From Candidatus Kaiserbacteria bacterium (GTDB lineage: Bacteria > Patescibacteriota > Minisyncoccia > Phycocordibacterales > Phycocordibacteraceae), in contig JAHFMN010000002.1 in NCBI GenBank assembly GCA_023264445.1, positions 142,720 to 206,719 on the forward strand: a DNA stretch of 64,000 bases. The letters are read 5' to 3'. Positions 8,015 to 19,773 of the stretch are shown piece after piece. The position numbers were made by a program, and so were the translations under genes. Below the pieces are notes generated by a model, which ran no database searches, was not told the origin of the DNA, and worked only from the letters and a program-made list of their open reading frames with translations. The stretch's first letter is position 1, and each line of letters begins with the position of its first letter.

Positions 8015-9940
8015 TTACATTCCTATCAACACTGGAATCACCATCGGGGCTTTGTTCGTGCGCGTGAAGAGGAATCCGGCCATGACATCAGTCAGATTAT
8101 TCTTCACATAATCGAGATCGATCGGGTTCATGCCCTGCGTCGAATCCTCAATCGTCTTCTTGATGAGGACGCGGCCTTCGTTGAGGAGATTCTGCGACTC
8201 GCGCAGGTAGACGAAGCCACGACTGATGATGTCCGGCGACTTACGCAGCTTACCAGTCTTGAGGTTGACGCTTGCGATGATGACGAACATGCCGTCTTTC
8301 GCAAGCGACTGGCGGTCGCGGATGACGACCTCCTGGATGTCGCCGATTGTGAAGCCGTCCACGACCATCGGCACCGAAGGTACTTTCTGTTTGTGTACGT
8401 CCATGCGCGAACCATCGATGATGTCGATGACCGTTCCGTTGTCGGGGATGATGATGTTTTCTTTTGGGAAGCCAGATTGCTCGACGGCCTTTGCATGACA
8501 GGTCGTCATTGAACGATAGCCGTAGGCGGGCATGAAGAACGGTGCATTCACTTGCTTGTTGATCCAGACGAGCTCGCCGGTATTGCCGTGTCCGGTCGAG
8601 TGCACATCTGAAGATCGATAGTGGATGAGGGTCACGCCGTGGCGGTAGAGATTGTCCTTCAGTTTCTGTACGGCGATTTCATTTCCCGGGATGACGGACG
8701 AGGAAAGCACGATGGTGTCGCGCTCGGAAAGTGAGATGTACTTGTGTTGCTTGGTCGCGATGCGCATCAGCGCGGCAAACTCTTCACCCTGTGCGCCGGT
8801 CGAGAGGATGACGATCTTATCCGGCGGATAATTGGGAATATCCTGCGCCGAGATAAGCGTGTCCTTCTTGATCGTAAGAAGGCCTGTCTTCTCCGCGATC
8901 TCGAGGTTGTTCCGGATGGAGCGACCTTCGGTGACGATCTTCTTTCCAAGCTTCTCTGCAGTCTCCATGATGTGAATCATGCGCTCGAACTGTGAAGCGA
9001 AGGTGCCGATGATAAGGCGGCCGGACACCGTCTTGATGATGTCTTCTAGCGTCTGGATGACGCGCTTCTCGGGAATGGAGAAGCCGTCCTTTTCGGCATT
9101 GGTCGAATCAGCGATGAAGAAGATGTTTTTATCTTTGGCTATATCGCCCCAGACCTTCTGCTCGCGTTCAGTCGGGACGCCATCATCGTGGTCGAGTTTC
9201 AAGTCGCCCGTGATGACGACGTTGCCCTGCGGCGTTTCTATGGAGACACCCATCGAAGAGGGGATGGAGTGTGTAACGGGAAAGAATTTCACGCGGGTGC
9301 TCCCGATAACGACCGACTGACCGACTTCGACGGTCACAATCTCTGATTTCGGCACGTCTGGGTACTCCTCCTGGCGCCGCTGAATCATGATCGAAGTCAG
9401 ATTCTGCGTGTAGATGGGCGGTGTGCCGAAGCGCGGCATGACAAACGGAATGCCGCCGATGTGATCGAGGTGACCGTGCGTGATGATGACACCCTTCACG
9501 CGGCTCGCATTCTTCTCAAGGTATTTCGTGTTCGGAAGGATATAGTCCACCCCTGGAGAAGTGTCTTCGGAGACGAACTGGAAGCCCGCATCGAAGACGA
9601 GAATATCGCCGGTGGCGCCTATTTCTACCGCGGTCATGTTGCGACCCACTTCTTCCACGCCCCCTAAGGGGACGATACGGACGGTAGTCGGTCCTGCTGG
9701 TTCTGGATAATAGTCAGCCGTACGTTGTACGCGCGAAGGCATTGAGGTTGGTCGGCGCAGGATGCGCTGGATGCGTCGCGAGGCGCCTCCGGGCCGCGCG
9801 GGGCCCCGAGAGGATGGAGGTCGACTGCCGCGCTCAAAACGTCGCGGTGGGCGACTAGCGTGCGGCCGTGCGGGACTTCCTCGCCGGTCGGGCATGCGGC
9901 CTGGAGCCGGTGCGGGGGCTGGTGCTGGTGTTGCATTCAT
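8015..9940 (-). CDS. rnj: ribonuclease J (metallo-beta-lactamase / beta-CASP) with Arg/Pro-rich low-complexity N-terminal extension
   Basis: HGHLDHIGG MBL motif, beta-CASP region and C-terminal domain. The first ~85 aa are PAPAPAP plus Arg-rich disordered sequence; an alternative start at internal Met is possible. Confidence 0.85.
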   Translation of the reverse strand: MNATPAPAPAPAPGRMPDRRGSPARPHASRPPRRFERGSRPPSSRGPARPGGASRRIQRILRRPTSMPSRVQRTADYYPEPAGPTTVRIVPLGGVEEVGRNMTAVEIGATGDILVFDAGFQFVSEDTSPGVDYILPNTKYLEKNASRVKGVIITHGHLDHIGGIPFVMPRFGTPPIYTQNLTSIMIQRRQEEYPDVPKSEIVTVEVGQSVVIGSTRVKFFPVTHSIPSSMGVSIETPQGNVVITGDLKLDHDDGVPTEREQKVWGDIAKDKNIFFIADSTNAEKDGFSIPEKRVIQTLEDIIKTVSGRLIIGTFASQFERMIHIMETAEKLGKKIVTEGRSIRNNLEIAEKTGLLTIKKDTLISAQDIPNYPPDKIVILSTGAQGEEFAALMRIATKQHKYISLSERDTIVLSSSVIPGNEIAVQKLKDNLYRHGVTLIHYRSSDVHSTGHGNTGELVWINKQVNAPFFMPAYGYRSMTTCHAKAVEQSGFPKENIIIPDNGTVIDIIDGSRMDVHKQKVPSVPMVVDGFTIGDIQEVVIRDRQSLAKDGMFVIIASVNLKTGKLRKSPDIISRGFVYLRESQNLLNEGRVLIKKTIEDSTQGMNPIDLDYVKNNLTDVMAGFLFTRTNKAPMVIPVLIGM

Positions 9941-10007
9941 ACGATGTGATTAGCTATTCGGGCTTTTAAAAATAATGATGTAAACCCGTACGAAAATAGT
10001 GCGAACC

Positions 10008-11747
10008 TTATTTTGCAAAAAACGGCCAGACGGCATCAGTCTCTCGATACCATGATGCGACTGTCGCGAAGCGATCTGCCGGGGTGATGATTTGCGGCAG
10101 GACGACACCGCGAAGATCTTTCGGCACCGAGTAGGTGAAGTCCGGTGCGTAGATGAATGCGGCCGGATAATCTGCGGCAATGATGTTCTCAATGCTCTGC
10201 AAATCCTTTATCCGCATTCCCTGGTCAGCAGTGCTGCGTGCATCCTCAAGGAGTGCGTCAACCGTTTTGTTCGCATACAGCGCGATGTTCAAGCCCGGAT
10301 CATTACGCTCTTGAGAATCCCAGAAGGCGTAGAGGTCTTGATCGCGACCGATGACCATGCCGTAGAGGAGCGCTTCATACTTGCGCGGTCGAATGACGTT
10401 TTGAGAGAGATCTCCCGGTTCGTATAGCTCAATATCAACCGGGATGCCGAGCCGCTCCCAATCCTCCTTTACTGCGCTCGCGACATTTTTCAATTCGGGC
10501 ACGTTTGAGGTGCGTATTGTGATGCGGTCGAGGGTCTGTTTCGCGCTCGCGTTTTTCCACACTCGATCGGAACCGTCATACGACCAGCCGTTTGACTGGA
10601 GTACAGCGGCCGCCGCGGCCGCCGGATTCTCCGATTGAGGAATCGGAACTTGCTTCACACTCTTGCCGGGTGGCACGGGCCCCATGATCGCTGTCGCGTA
10701 GCCGCCAAGCACGGAGCTCACGATGTCTTGCCGGTCGAGCGCGAGCGAGAGTGCTTTGCGTACCTCAGCGCGTACAAAGACCTGCTTTTCGCTCGGGTTC
10801 CAGAATACGCCGAAGACTCGCGCATACGGAGCGGTCAGTACGCCTTTCATCGCTATGCCGTAGGCGCTCTCGACTGCACCGCTTTTGACCGCAGCGGCGA
10901 GGTCTTCGGCGCGCGAGTAGAAGTCAAAGCGGATGCGGTCAAGATACGGTCGACCGAGTGCAAAATCGGGATTCTCGACAAGTGAGACATTCCGGATGAG
11001 TCCGGAAGCATCTCGCGAGACAGAAGCGACCTTAAACGGTCCCGCGCCGACCGGATTCGTCTCGAGCGTTGAAAAAGGGAATTCTTCGTTTGAGATCCGC
11101 TCCCAAAGCCGAGAAGGCAGTATGCCCAAGGTCGTGAGTCCAAGGAACGGTGCGTACGGCTTGGCGAGGACGAAGCGTACCGTGCGCGTATCTTGCGCAG
11201 ACACACTTACGCCGGACCAGTTTGCATACTCGGGGCTCTTGAGCGCAGCGTCTTGTGCTTTCCGCACCGTGAAGACGACATCGTTTGCAGTGACGGGCGT
11301 ACCGTCGGTAAACTTCGCGTTTTTCCGCAGCGTGAACGTGTAGGTTTTTCCGTCGGGAGACATCGTGTAGCTCTCGGCGAGCACGGGCGTAAGCGAGCCG
11401 GAACCGGAGAGCCCCATCAGCCCGGCGTAGACGAGCGTCGAGAGATCACGGTCGGCGTCGCTGATGGCAAGGAGCGGATTTATGAACTGCGGGCTACCGA
11501 TCTCGCCCTCGACAAGACTTCCGCCATAGGCGGGCACCTCCTCGAGTACTGCGCGCTGGAGCGCGTAGAGACCGAGAAGCGACGTGATGCCGAGGATAAC
11601 GGCGAACAGATGGAAGAGGAACCGATCACCGGGCGAGAAGGAGCGGATTCGCTCCCGCACCCGCTCGAACGCTTCTACACTCCGTACGCGCGCGAGCTTC
11701 TCTCGCCATAGCTCATAACGCTCGCGAGGGGCGTCATCGGGATTCAT
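10008..11747 (-). CDS. ABC transporter substrate-binding protein, family 5 (peptide/nickel-type), solitary
   Basis: Length and motifs of the OppA/DppA-type SBP_bac_5 family, with an N-terminal TM anchor. No cognate permease or ATPase genes are adjacent. Confidence 0.7.
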   Translation of the reverse strand: MNPDDAPRERYELWREKLARVRSVEAFERVRERIRSFSPGDRFLFHLFAVILGITSLLGLYALQRAVLEEVPAYGGSLVEGEIGSPQFINPLLAISDADRDLSTLVYAGLMGLSGSGSLTPVLAESYTMSPDGKTYTFTLRKNAKFTDGTPVTANDVVFTVRKAQDAALKSPEYANWSGVSVSAQDTRTVRFVLAKPYAPFLGLTTLGILPSRLWERISNEEFPFSTLETNPVGAGPFKVASVSRDASGLIRNVSLVENPDFALGRPYLDRIRFDFYSRAEDLAAAVKSGAVESAYGIAMKGVLTAPYARVFGVFWNPSEKQVFVRAEVRKALSLALDRQDIVSSVLGGYATAIMGPVPPGKSVKQVPIPQSENPAAAAAAVLQSNGWSYDGSDRVWKNASAKQTLDRITIRTSNVPELKNVASAVKEDWERLGIPVDIELYEPGDLSQNVIRPRKYEALLYGMVIGRDQDLYAFWDSQERNDPGLNIALYANKTVDALLEDARSTADQGMRIKDLQSIENIIAADYPAAFIYAPDFTYSVPKDLRGVVLPQIITPADRFATVASWYRETDAVWPFFAK

Positions 11748-12013
11748 GATCCTGCCAAGAGGAAGTTCGCTATTGCCGCGAGTACGAGCAGAACCGCAAT
11801 CAGGATAGTCGCGTTGAATAGGAACTTTTCAGCGCCTCTGCGCTTGTAGAACGTTGACGCGAAGTTGTCGCCTCCGAAGGCTCCACCGAGGGTCGCACCG
11901 CGCTGCTGAAGCACGATACCGACGATGAGGAGTATTGCGAGGACGATTTCCGCGTACGGCAGTGCCGATACGAGTGCCTCCATCTGTAATGTCAACGATA
12001 CCACGGACGCCAT
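11744..12013 (-). CDS. secG: preprotein translocase subunit SecG
   Basis: 89-aa two-TM protein with the Gly-rich loop LQQRGATLGGAFGG typical of SecG. Confidence 0.65.
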   Translation of the reverse strand: MASVVSLTLQMEALVSALPYAEIVLAILLIVGIVLQQRGATLGGAFGGDNFASTFYKRRGAEKFLFNATILIAVLLVLAAIANFLLAGS

Positions 12014-12038
12014 TATTCACGCAAGCGCCCCGGGGTAC

Positions 12039-12072
12039 AAAAAAGCCCCGCGAATATCGCGGGACTTTGAAT
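12039..12072 (-). terminator. rho-independent terminator
   Basis: Hairpin gccccgcga-ata-tcgcggg(a)c followed by a T-run on the minus strand, downstream of the 12087..12659 gene. Confidence 0.5.
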
Positions 12073-12086
12073 CGTCCGTCCCTTAC

Positions 12087-12659
12087 CTACAGGATGAGCA
12101 AACCTTTTTCTTTTGCACGTTCGACGGCCGTCTCGATGAAGCCCTTGGGCTTCTTGTGTCTGTCTAGCCAAGCACGTAGTTGTACTTCCGACGCGTACCA
12201 TCGAAGCCGGCGATTTGCTGCGAACCAGATGTAGACTCTCCCCAAGAGTCCAAGCAAACCTCCTGCCGAAAAGACTAGAGTAACGTGCAACACCCGGGAA
12301 GGTAGAAAGGGAAGAAGAGTTCCCACCGCAAGGATGCTTACGCATATGGCAACCGAATTCAACCACTCTTTTACTAGCTGTTGCGGCGCGTGCTCATCCC
12401 AAACAAGTTCAAATTCTGGCAAGATCTTCTCCTCAAGAAGGGCGTTTATTTCCTTGCTCACACCGTAGCCACTGAAATACAGATCCCTTGCTATCCCGCC
12501 GCAGAATATCCACGTGGCAATGAAAAGGAACATCAGCGCCTCCATTGTCCCCACCTCGAACGGCTCGAACACGATGAGAAGAACCCCGATCGTGATAATT
12601 CCGACACAGGCCGCTCGTAGATGCAGAACATATTTCCGAATCGCTTCGTCGTAAGACAT
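12087..12659 (-). CDS. hypothetical membrane protein
   Basis: 190-aa ORF with about four hydrophobic helices and good coding periodicity; no recognisable motif. Confidence 0.45.
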   Translation of the reverse strand: MSYDEAIRKYVLHLRAACVGIITIGVLLIVFEPFEVGTMEALMFLFIATWIFCGGIARDLYFSGYGVSKEINALLEEKILPEFELVWDEHAPQQLVKEWLNSVAICVSILAVGTLLPFLPSRVLHVTLVFSAGGLLGLLGRVYIWFAANRRLRWYASEVQLRAWLDRHKKPKGFIETAVERAKEKGLLIL

Positions 12660-12756
12660 GTGCCCTCCTGATAGGCAAGTTGTTGGAAGAAAAGGGCATG
12701 CACCCAGTCTGGGTTTTAGTTTGCATTATTATATGCATAAGTCAATAGTCGTTGGC

Positions 12757-12785
12757 TTGCGTAGAGACATCGTTTTCTCTATACT
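12757..12785 (+). promoter_or_regulatory. sigma70-like promoter for groES-groEL (TTGCGT-17 nt-TATACT)
   Basis: -35 TTGCGT at 12757-12762 and -10 TATACT at 12780-12785 with a 17-nt spacer, about 47 nt upstream of the groES ATG. No CIRCE inverted repeat seen. Confidence 0.35.
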
Positions 12786-12832
12786 CCTCTCACGTGTGCA
12801 AGGGCGCGATTATTCATTTTATATAGAGTGTC

Positions 12833-13150
12833 ATGGCACAAAAGACAAAGAAGCTTTCGTTAAAGCCGCTTGGCGACCGCGTATTGGTGAAGCCCTCTGA
12901 AAAGGAAGGGGAGAAGAAGCTTGCTTCCGGCATCATCATCCCCGAGACGGTTGATAAGGAGAAACTCATGGCCGGCACGGTCGTCGCGGTGGGCCCGGGC
13001 AAGCGAAGCGAGACTGGCGAGCGAGTCCCGATGGAGGTCAAGGTGGGCGATGCAGTCATGTTTAAGAAGCCATGGGATGAGCCGTTTACGCTTAACGGCG
13101 AGAAGTATTTCGTGCTTTCCGAATCCGATATCAGCCTCATTCAACAGTAA
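12833..13150 (+). CDS. groES: co-chaperonin GroES
   Basis: Classic GroES sequence (LKPLGDRVLVK ... GIIIPETVDKEK ... AGTVVAVGPG). Confidence 0.95.
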   Translation: MAQKTKKLSLKPLGDRVLVKPSEKEGEKKLASGIIIPETVDKEKLMAGTVVAVGPGKRSETGERVPMEVKVGDAVMFKKPWDEPFTLNGEKYFVLSESDISLIQQ

Positions 13151-14791
<1,641 letters not shown>

Positions 14792-14797
14792 ATAACG

Positions 14798-14836
14798 AAA
14801 ACACGCACGACGCCCGAGGGCGTCGTGCGTGTTTTC
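14798..14836. terminator. bidirectional rho-independent terminator between convergent groEL and phosphatase genes
   Basis: aaaacacgcacgacgccc-gagg-gcgtcgtgcgtgtttt; A-run and T-run on either side. Confidence 0.65.
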
Positions 14837-14837
14837 G

Positions 14838-15542
14838 TTACGGTTGTTCGTTGTACGTCACGATTTCCCAGCCGAAAGACGGCGAGAGGATTTTCCACGG
14901 ATGAAATTCGCAGATGGTGATGCCGCCGTTGTCGGAGGAGTTGAAAAACGAGAGCTTCACGTAATCCTTCGCGTGGAGCCGCTCGCGGTAGAGCATGTAG
15001 GCAAGCAGCATTTTCAAGAATGCATGGTGCGTGATGACGCACGTGCGTGCCTTCCCGCGCCACGCGAGATACGAGAGGCAGGCGCGGGCGCGCTTCTTCA
15101 GGTCATTGAAGTTTTCTTCGTCGGAGTGCCGATACTCATCGTCGTGATATGCGAGGTCCATCGCGTCAATAATGCGTATTACCTCGGGGTCGTCTGTTTT
15201 CTTCCCTATGATGTCGCTCGGATTGCGCCGTTCGGCGAGAAGCGGGGAATACGCGATAGAGGTGTGGAGCTTTTCATTGATAATGAGTGCCGTTTCTTTT
15301 GCGCGCTCGTAGGGGCTCGAGATGATCGCCTGCATGCGAAGCGGCGCCAAGAGCGTACCGACAGCCGCCACTTGCCGTTTCCCTAATTCGCTCAAGCTAC
15401 CCTCCGCACCTTGCTTAATATGCTCCGCATTCAGGAGCGTCTGGCCGTGCCGCACGAAGTAGAAGCGCCGCGGCCGCATAACGAATATAAGGAGAGCAGC
15501 AATAGGTACAACGATGAGCACGAATGCCGAGGAGAGCTGCAT
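14838..15542 (-). CDS. histidine phosphatase family protein (phosphoglycerate mutase-like) with N-terminal TM anchor
   Basis: RHG catalytic motif in FVRHGQT and a downstream His. N-terminal hydrophobic segment. Confidence 0.6.
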   Translation of the reverse strand: MQLSSAFVLIVVPIAALLIFVMRPRRFYFVRHGQTLLNAEHIKQGAEGSLSELGKRQVAAVGTLLAPLRMQAIISSPYERAKETALIINEKLHTSIAYSPLLAERRNPSDIIGKKTDDPEVIRIIDAMDLAYHDDEYRHSDEENFNDLKKRARACLSYLAWRGKARTCVITHHAFLKMLLAYMLYRERLHAKDYVKLSFFNSSDNGGITICEFHPWKILSPSFGWEIVTYNEQP

Positions 15543-15579
15543 GATGATTTAGTATAGCTGATGTGCTAGACTCGCGGGG

Positions 15580-17061
15580 ATGAAAAAGTTTTTCACCCAC
15601 TATCTGCATCTGGTACGGGAAGCTCCGTTCAAATACGGTGCGCCCGTGCTGGTCGTAGTGCTCATACTCGGCTACGTATTCTTCGGCCGAGGCGGTTCTG
15701 CAGGTGCGACGTTCGTCGTCTCCTCGGGCGATTTTAGGGAGCAGGTGAGCGTCTCTGGTACGGTCATCGCCGCAAACGACGTGGATCTCGGCTTTGCCGC
15801 AAATGGCCGCATCGCCGGCACCTATGCGAGGGTGGGGCAGTATGTCGGCGCCGGTACGCTGCTTGCCCAGGTGGAGAACGGCGACCTTCTCGCCGCGCTT
15901 GCAGAGAAGCGCGCTGCGCTCGCCTCGCTGCAGGCGGGCACGCGGCCGGAGCAGCTCGCAATCAAGCAGGCAGCCGTCGCAAGCGATAAGGCGAAGCTCG
16001 TAGACGCCATCACCGCTGCTTACACCACCTGCGATGACGCAGTCCATAACAAGCTAGATACCTTTTTCACTAATCCGCGTACCGATCCGAAACTCACCTT
16101 TACTACATCAAATTCGTCACTAAAGACCACCGTTGAGGCCGATCGGTTTGCGATGGAGCCAGTGCTGAAAAGTTGGGCGCTCCTTGTCGCAAGACTCTCA
16201 GATGAGAGTGCGAGCGATGATGCGGTGCAGTCCCAGAAATATCTCTCGCAGGTGATGACGCTGCTCGCCGACAGCAACTCCGCTATCAATCAGGGCGTCC
16301 CGGACCCAACCGTCACGGCTTCGGTGCTTTCCTCATACGGGACGACGCTCGCAACCGCACGAACCAACGTAAACGATACCGCCGCCGCGCTCACAAGCGC
16401 GATGTCGGCGCTCACGGACGCCGAGAAGTCGCTTGATCTTGATCTTGCCGGCTCAACCTCTCTCGATCTCGCTGCCGCGCAGGCGGAAGTAGAAAATGCG
16501 CGCGCTGCGCTTGCAAAGACCTACGTCGTCGCGCCGTTTGCCGGCATCGTGACGCGCATGGACGCAAAAGTCGGCGAAATCGTCTCGCCATCGGAATCGC
16601 TTATCTCGATGCAGAGTGCCGGCGTCTTTGAGATTGAAACCTTCGTCCCCGAGGTCGCCATCGCGCGCATTGCTCCCGGAAACCCTGCGACGACGACGCT
16701 CGATGCGTATGGCTCCGCGGTCGCATTCCCTGCAAAGGTCGTCGCGGTAGATCCGGCAGAAACGGTGAAAGACGGCGTGCCTACGTATAAGACGACGCTT
16801 GCCTTTCTCGCTGCCGATCCGCGCATTCGAAGCGGCATGACAGCGAACGTCGTGATGGAAACCGGCATGCTCCATGACGCCATCGTCATTCCCGCGGGTG
16901 CCGTTGGTAGTAAGAGCGGCGAGTCGTACGTCTCCATCCTCGAGAAGGGCACGCCAGTCAATCGAACCGTCTCCACCGGCCCGTCTCCCGCGCTCGGGCA
17001 GGCACACATACTCTCGGGACTTTTTGAGGGTGATGTCATCTTGCTCTCTCCTGCGCCGTAA
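15580..17061 (+). CDS. HlyD/MacA-type periplasmic adaptor (membrane fusion protein) of ABC exporter
   Basis: N-terminal TM segment, long coiled-coil-like Ala-rich region and C-terminal beta-barrel-like domain. First gene of a three-gene exporter operon. Confidence 0.65.
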   Translation: MKKFFTHYLHLVREAPFKYGAPVLVVVLILGYVFFGRGGSAGATFVVSSGDFREQVSVSGTVIAANDVDLGFAANGRIAGTYARVGQYVGAGTLLAQVENGDLLAALAEKRAALASLQAGTRPEQLAIKQAAVASDKAKLVDAITAAYTTCDDAVHNKLDTFFTNPRTDPKLTFTTSNSSLKTTVEADRFAMEPVLKSWALLVARLSDESASDDAVQSQKYLSQVMTLLADSNSAINQGVPDPTVTASVLSSYGTTLATARTNVNDTAAALTSAMSALTDAEKSLDLDLAGSTSLDLAAAQAEVENARAALAKTYVVAPFAGIVTRMDAKVGEIVSPSESLISMQSAGVFEIETFVPEVAIARIAPGNPATTTLDAYGSAVAFPAKVVAVDPAETVKDGVPTYKTTLAFLAADPRIRSGMTANVVMETGMLHDAIVIPAGAVGSKSGESYVSILEKGTPVNRTVSTGPSPALGQAHILSGLFEGDVILLSPAP

Positions 17062-18314
17062 TGTTCTCGCTTCTTAATATTCGCGTCGGTTTCTATCTCG
17101 CTCTGCGGCAGTTGCGCCGCGCGAGCCTCTGGACCACGGGACTCATCGTCTTCGTGATGCTTCTCACGTTCTTGAATCTTGTAGTGGTGACCGGCATCCT
17201 CGTCGGGCTCATTGAGGGTATCAACGAGAGCTATCGCACACAGTACACGGGCGACGTCATCATTTCCGCACTCTCCACGAAGGACTACATTGAAGACACT
17301 CCGAGCGTCCTCGCATTCGTAAAGACGCTCCCGCAAGTATCCATGCTGACCGAGCGCTATCAGGCCGGCGGTACCGCGGAGGCCAATTACTGGAATCGTA
17401 CGTCAAACGAGAAGCCGAACGCGACCGGCGTCCAAGTCATTGGCATCAATCCGGTAGAGGAAGACGCCTTTACTAAACTCGGGAGCCACATCATAGAAGG
17501 GTCATATCTCGCCGAAGGCGACTACGACCAGATATTAGTCGGCAAATATCTCCTCGCGAAGTATGCATTCGGCGAACAGCCGGGACTCACGCCGCTACGA
17601 GACGTCAGCCCCGGCAGTAAGATACGACTCACGATCAATGGCGCGGTGCGAGAAGTGATTGTCAAAGGTGTGGTCGGAAGCAAGATTGATCTACTTGCAG
17701 CAAGCGTGTTTCTGCCCGCCGCCGAGCTGCGGACGATCATGGGCAGGAGCGACCAGAACGTGAAGCAGATAGGTATCCGGCTCACTCCCGGAAGCGATCC
17801 AATCGCTTTTAAGAATCTTCTGCTTGCAAGCGGCATTGGTGAGAAGGCAAAAGTGCAGACATTTGAGGATTCCATTCCAAACGGCGTTGCCGATATTAAA
17901 AACACCTTCGCCATGCTCGGGAACGGCTTCAGTTCCATCGGTCTCGTCGTCGCGGCCATTACGATCTTCATCGTCATCTTCATCAATGCCATCACGCGCC
18001 GGAAATTCATCGGCATTCTGAAAGGAATCGGTATTTCGGGCAGAGCCATCGAAATTTCCTATATCTTCCAGTCGCTCTTCTACGCCATCATCGGGTCGGC
18101 CATCGGCCTCGTCGTGCTCTACGGCGTTCTCGTGCCCGCCGTTGCAGCGCATCCAATTGATTTCCCATTCAGCGACGGCATCCTCGTCGCGCCCCTATTT
18201 GGCACGTCAGTGCGCATCCTCCTACTCGTGCTCACGACCGTCATCGCAGGGTATCTCCCTGCGCGGATGATCGTGCGCCGGAACACCCTGGATTCTATCC
18301 TCGGTCGCAATTAG
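17061..18314 (+). CDS. ABC transporter permease, FtsX/MacB-like
   Basis: N-terminal TM, large periplasmic domain, and three C-terminal TM helices. Start overlaps the upstream stop. Confidence 0.7.
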   Translation: MFSLLNIRVGFYLALRQLRRASLWTTGLIVFVMLLTFLNLVVVTGILVGLIEGINESYRTQYTGDVIISALSTKDYIEDTPSVLAFVKTLPQVSMLTERYQAGGTAEANYWNRTSNEKPNATGVQVIGINPVEEDAFTKLGSHIIEGSYLAEGDYDQILVGKYLLAKYAFGEQPGLTPLRDVSPGSKIRLTINGAVREVIVKGVVGSKIDLLAASVFLPAAELRTIMGRSDQNVKQIGIRLTPGSDPIAFKNLLLASGIGEKAKVQTFEDSIPNGVADIKNTFAMLGNGFSSIGLVVAAITIFIVIFINAITRRKFIGILKGIGISGRAIEISYIFQSLFYAIIGSAIGLVVLYGVLVPAVAAHPIDFPFSDGILVAPLFGTSVRILLLVLTTVIAGYLPARMIVRRNTLDSILGRN

Positions 18315-18316
18315 CC

Positions 18317-18991
18317 ATGATTGAAGTAAAAAATCTCGTAAAGAGTTTCAAGGACGGCGAGCGCGAGACGCGGGTACTGAAGGGTATTAATTTCTCGGCG
18401 AAAGCCGGCGAGTTCATCGCCATCATGGGCCGCTCGGGAGCGGGGAAGAGCACACTCCTCTACCAGATGTCGCTCCTTGATGAGCCGACTTCGGGCGAGA
18501 TACTGATTAACGGCAAAGAGGCGCACCTGATGAGCGAGCACGAGAAGATGCTCTTCCGCCTTTCCGAGTTCGGGTACGTGTTCCAGGACTATGCGCTTCT
18601 GCCGGAGCTGACCGCGCTTGAAAACGTCGCTCTGCCGCTCATTATGCAGGGCGCTTCGCGCCCTGCCGCCGAGGAGAAGGCGACCGCCGCGCTCACGCGC
18701 GTTGGACTCGCTTCGCGACTTGGGAACCTTCCGAGCCAGCTCTCGGGCGGCGAGCAGCAGAGAGTCTCCATTTCCCGTGCCATCGCGCACGAGCCGGACG
18801 TCCTCTTTGCGGACGAGCCGACGGCAAACCTCGACCTGGAGTCTTCTGCGACGGTTATGGATATCTTCAAGGAGCTCCATGCAGCCGGGCAGACCATCAT
18901 TATGGTCACGCACGAGGAAGAATTCGCGCGATTTGCGGAGCGCGTCGTGAAGCTCGACGACGGAAATATCATTTCCGACCAACCCCGGTAG
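18317..18991 (+). CDS. ABC transporter ATP-binding protein (MacB/LolD-type)
   Basis: Walker A GRSGAGKST, signature LSGGEQQRVSISRA, Walker B LFADEPT. Confidence 0.85.
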   Translation: MIEVKNLVKSFKDGERETRVLKGINFSAKAGEFIAIMGRSGAGKSTLLYQMSLLDEPTSGEILINGKEAHLMSEHEKMLFRLSEFGYVFQDYALLPELTALENVALPLIMQGASRPAAEEKATAALTRVGLASRLGNLPSQLSGGEQQRVSISRAIAHEPDVLFADEPTANLDLESSATVMDIFKELHAAGQTIIMVTHEEEFARFAERVVKLDDGNIISDQPR

Positions 18992-19091
18992 GGAAGAAGT
19001 TTTACACAGGGGGGTCTCCGACCATCTTTAAATGCGCCATAATGGTGGGAGCGGACCACCACCCCCGCTTTAATCATCCTTATCCACCTGC

Positions 19092-19319
19092 ATGAAATTA
19101 CATGCTATAGAGTTCATCCTCGTGATTATCGGCGGCCTCAACTGGGGTCTCATCGGCCTCGGCGGCTTCATGAATTTCGACGGGAACGTCGTCCATATGC
19201 TCCTCGGCTCATGGCCGTCAGTCGAATTGGTCGTCTATATCTTGGTCGGTCTCTCTGCGGTCGGCCTCGGTGTCGGTCACAAGAAGGACTGCCGCGCCTG
19301 CAACCCTTCAGGGATGTAA
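19092..19319 (+). CDS. DUF378-like small membrane protein
   Basis: 75-aa two-TM protein with the GGLNWGLIGLGGF motif typical of DUF378. Confidence 0.5.
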   Translation: MKLHAIEFILVIIGGLNWGLIGLGGFMNFDGNVVHMLLGSWPSVELVVYILVGLSAVGLGVGHKKDCRACNPSGM

Positions 19320-19426
19320 GCCCGCGAAAGCCGGGCTTCCTCCCTATGCTTGCCTCGGACGAATCAAGTCAGAACTTGTTCGTCGCTCGGCTCGCTTGGT
19401 AGTAATTCCGCTTCGCTTCCGAATTG

Positions 19427-19458
19427 GAACCGCCGGCTTTCGCCGGCGGTTCTTTTTC
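19427..19458 (+). terminator. rho-independent terminator
   Basis: gaaccgccggc-tttc-gccggcggttc followed by TTTTTC. Confidence 0.6.
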
Positions 19459-19742
19459 TACATCTCGAGAAGGTAGACAGGGAGGAGGGCGGCAAGTCCG
19501 GTGAGGAGTTGGAGTCCGAGCACCTGAAGCGCTTGTTTTGGGGCTCGCGGGAGCCAGGTAAGGGCAAAAAAGGCGATTATCGGCACCTGCCCGCCCATGA
19601 GTATCTGAAAGAGATGGGCGGCCACCCCTTCATCTTCCTCATGCACGACGCCGAAGAGCGCGAGAAAGGTGAGCAATACCCCGAGCGCAGTGAGCGACAT
19701 CGCCATCGGAATCCACGCGCTCGGTCGCTTGAGCAAGTTCAT
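19458..19742 (-). CDS. hypothetical small membrane protein
   Basis: 94-aa ORF with two or three hydrophobic helices; function unknown. Confidence 0.35.
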   Translation of the reverse strand: MNLLKRPSAWIPMAMSLTALGVLLTFLALFGVVHEEDEGVAAHLFQILMGGQVPIIAFFALTWLPRAPKQALQVLGLQLLTGLAALLPVYLLEM

Positions 19743-19773
19743 ATGTTTCTATAATCGTGTACGAACTGCGCCG

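Noticed and set aside
12660-12832. Searched for a CIRCE/HrcA operator (TTAGCACTC-N9-GAGTGCTAA) upstream of groES
   Set aside because: No such inverted repeat is present; only a sigma70-like TTGCGT/TATACT pair and a CACGTG palindrome.
19000-19091. Possible riboswitch or structured leader upstream of the DUF378 gene (ggtgggagcggaccaccacccc)
   Set aside because: Only a short GGTGG/CCACC hairpin; no recognisable riboswitch consensus.
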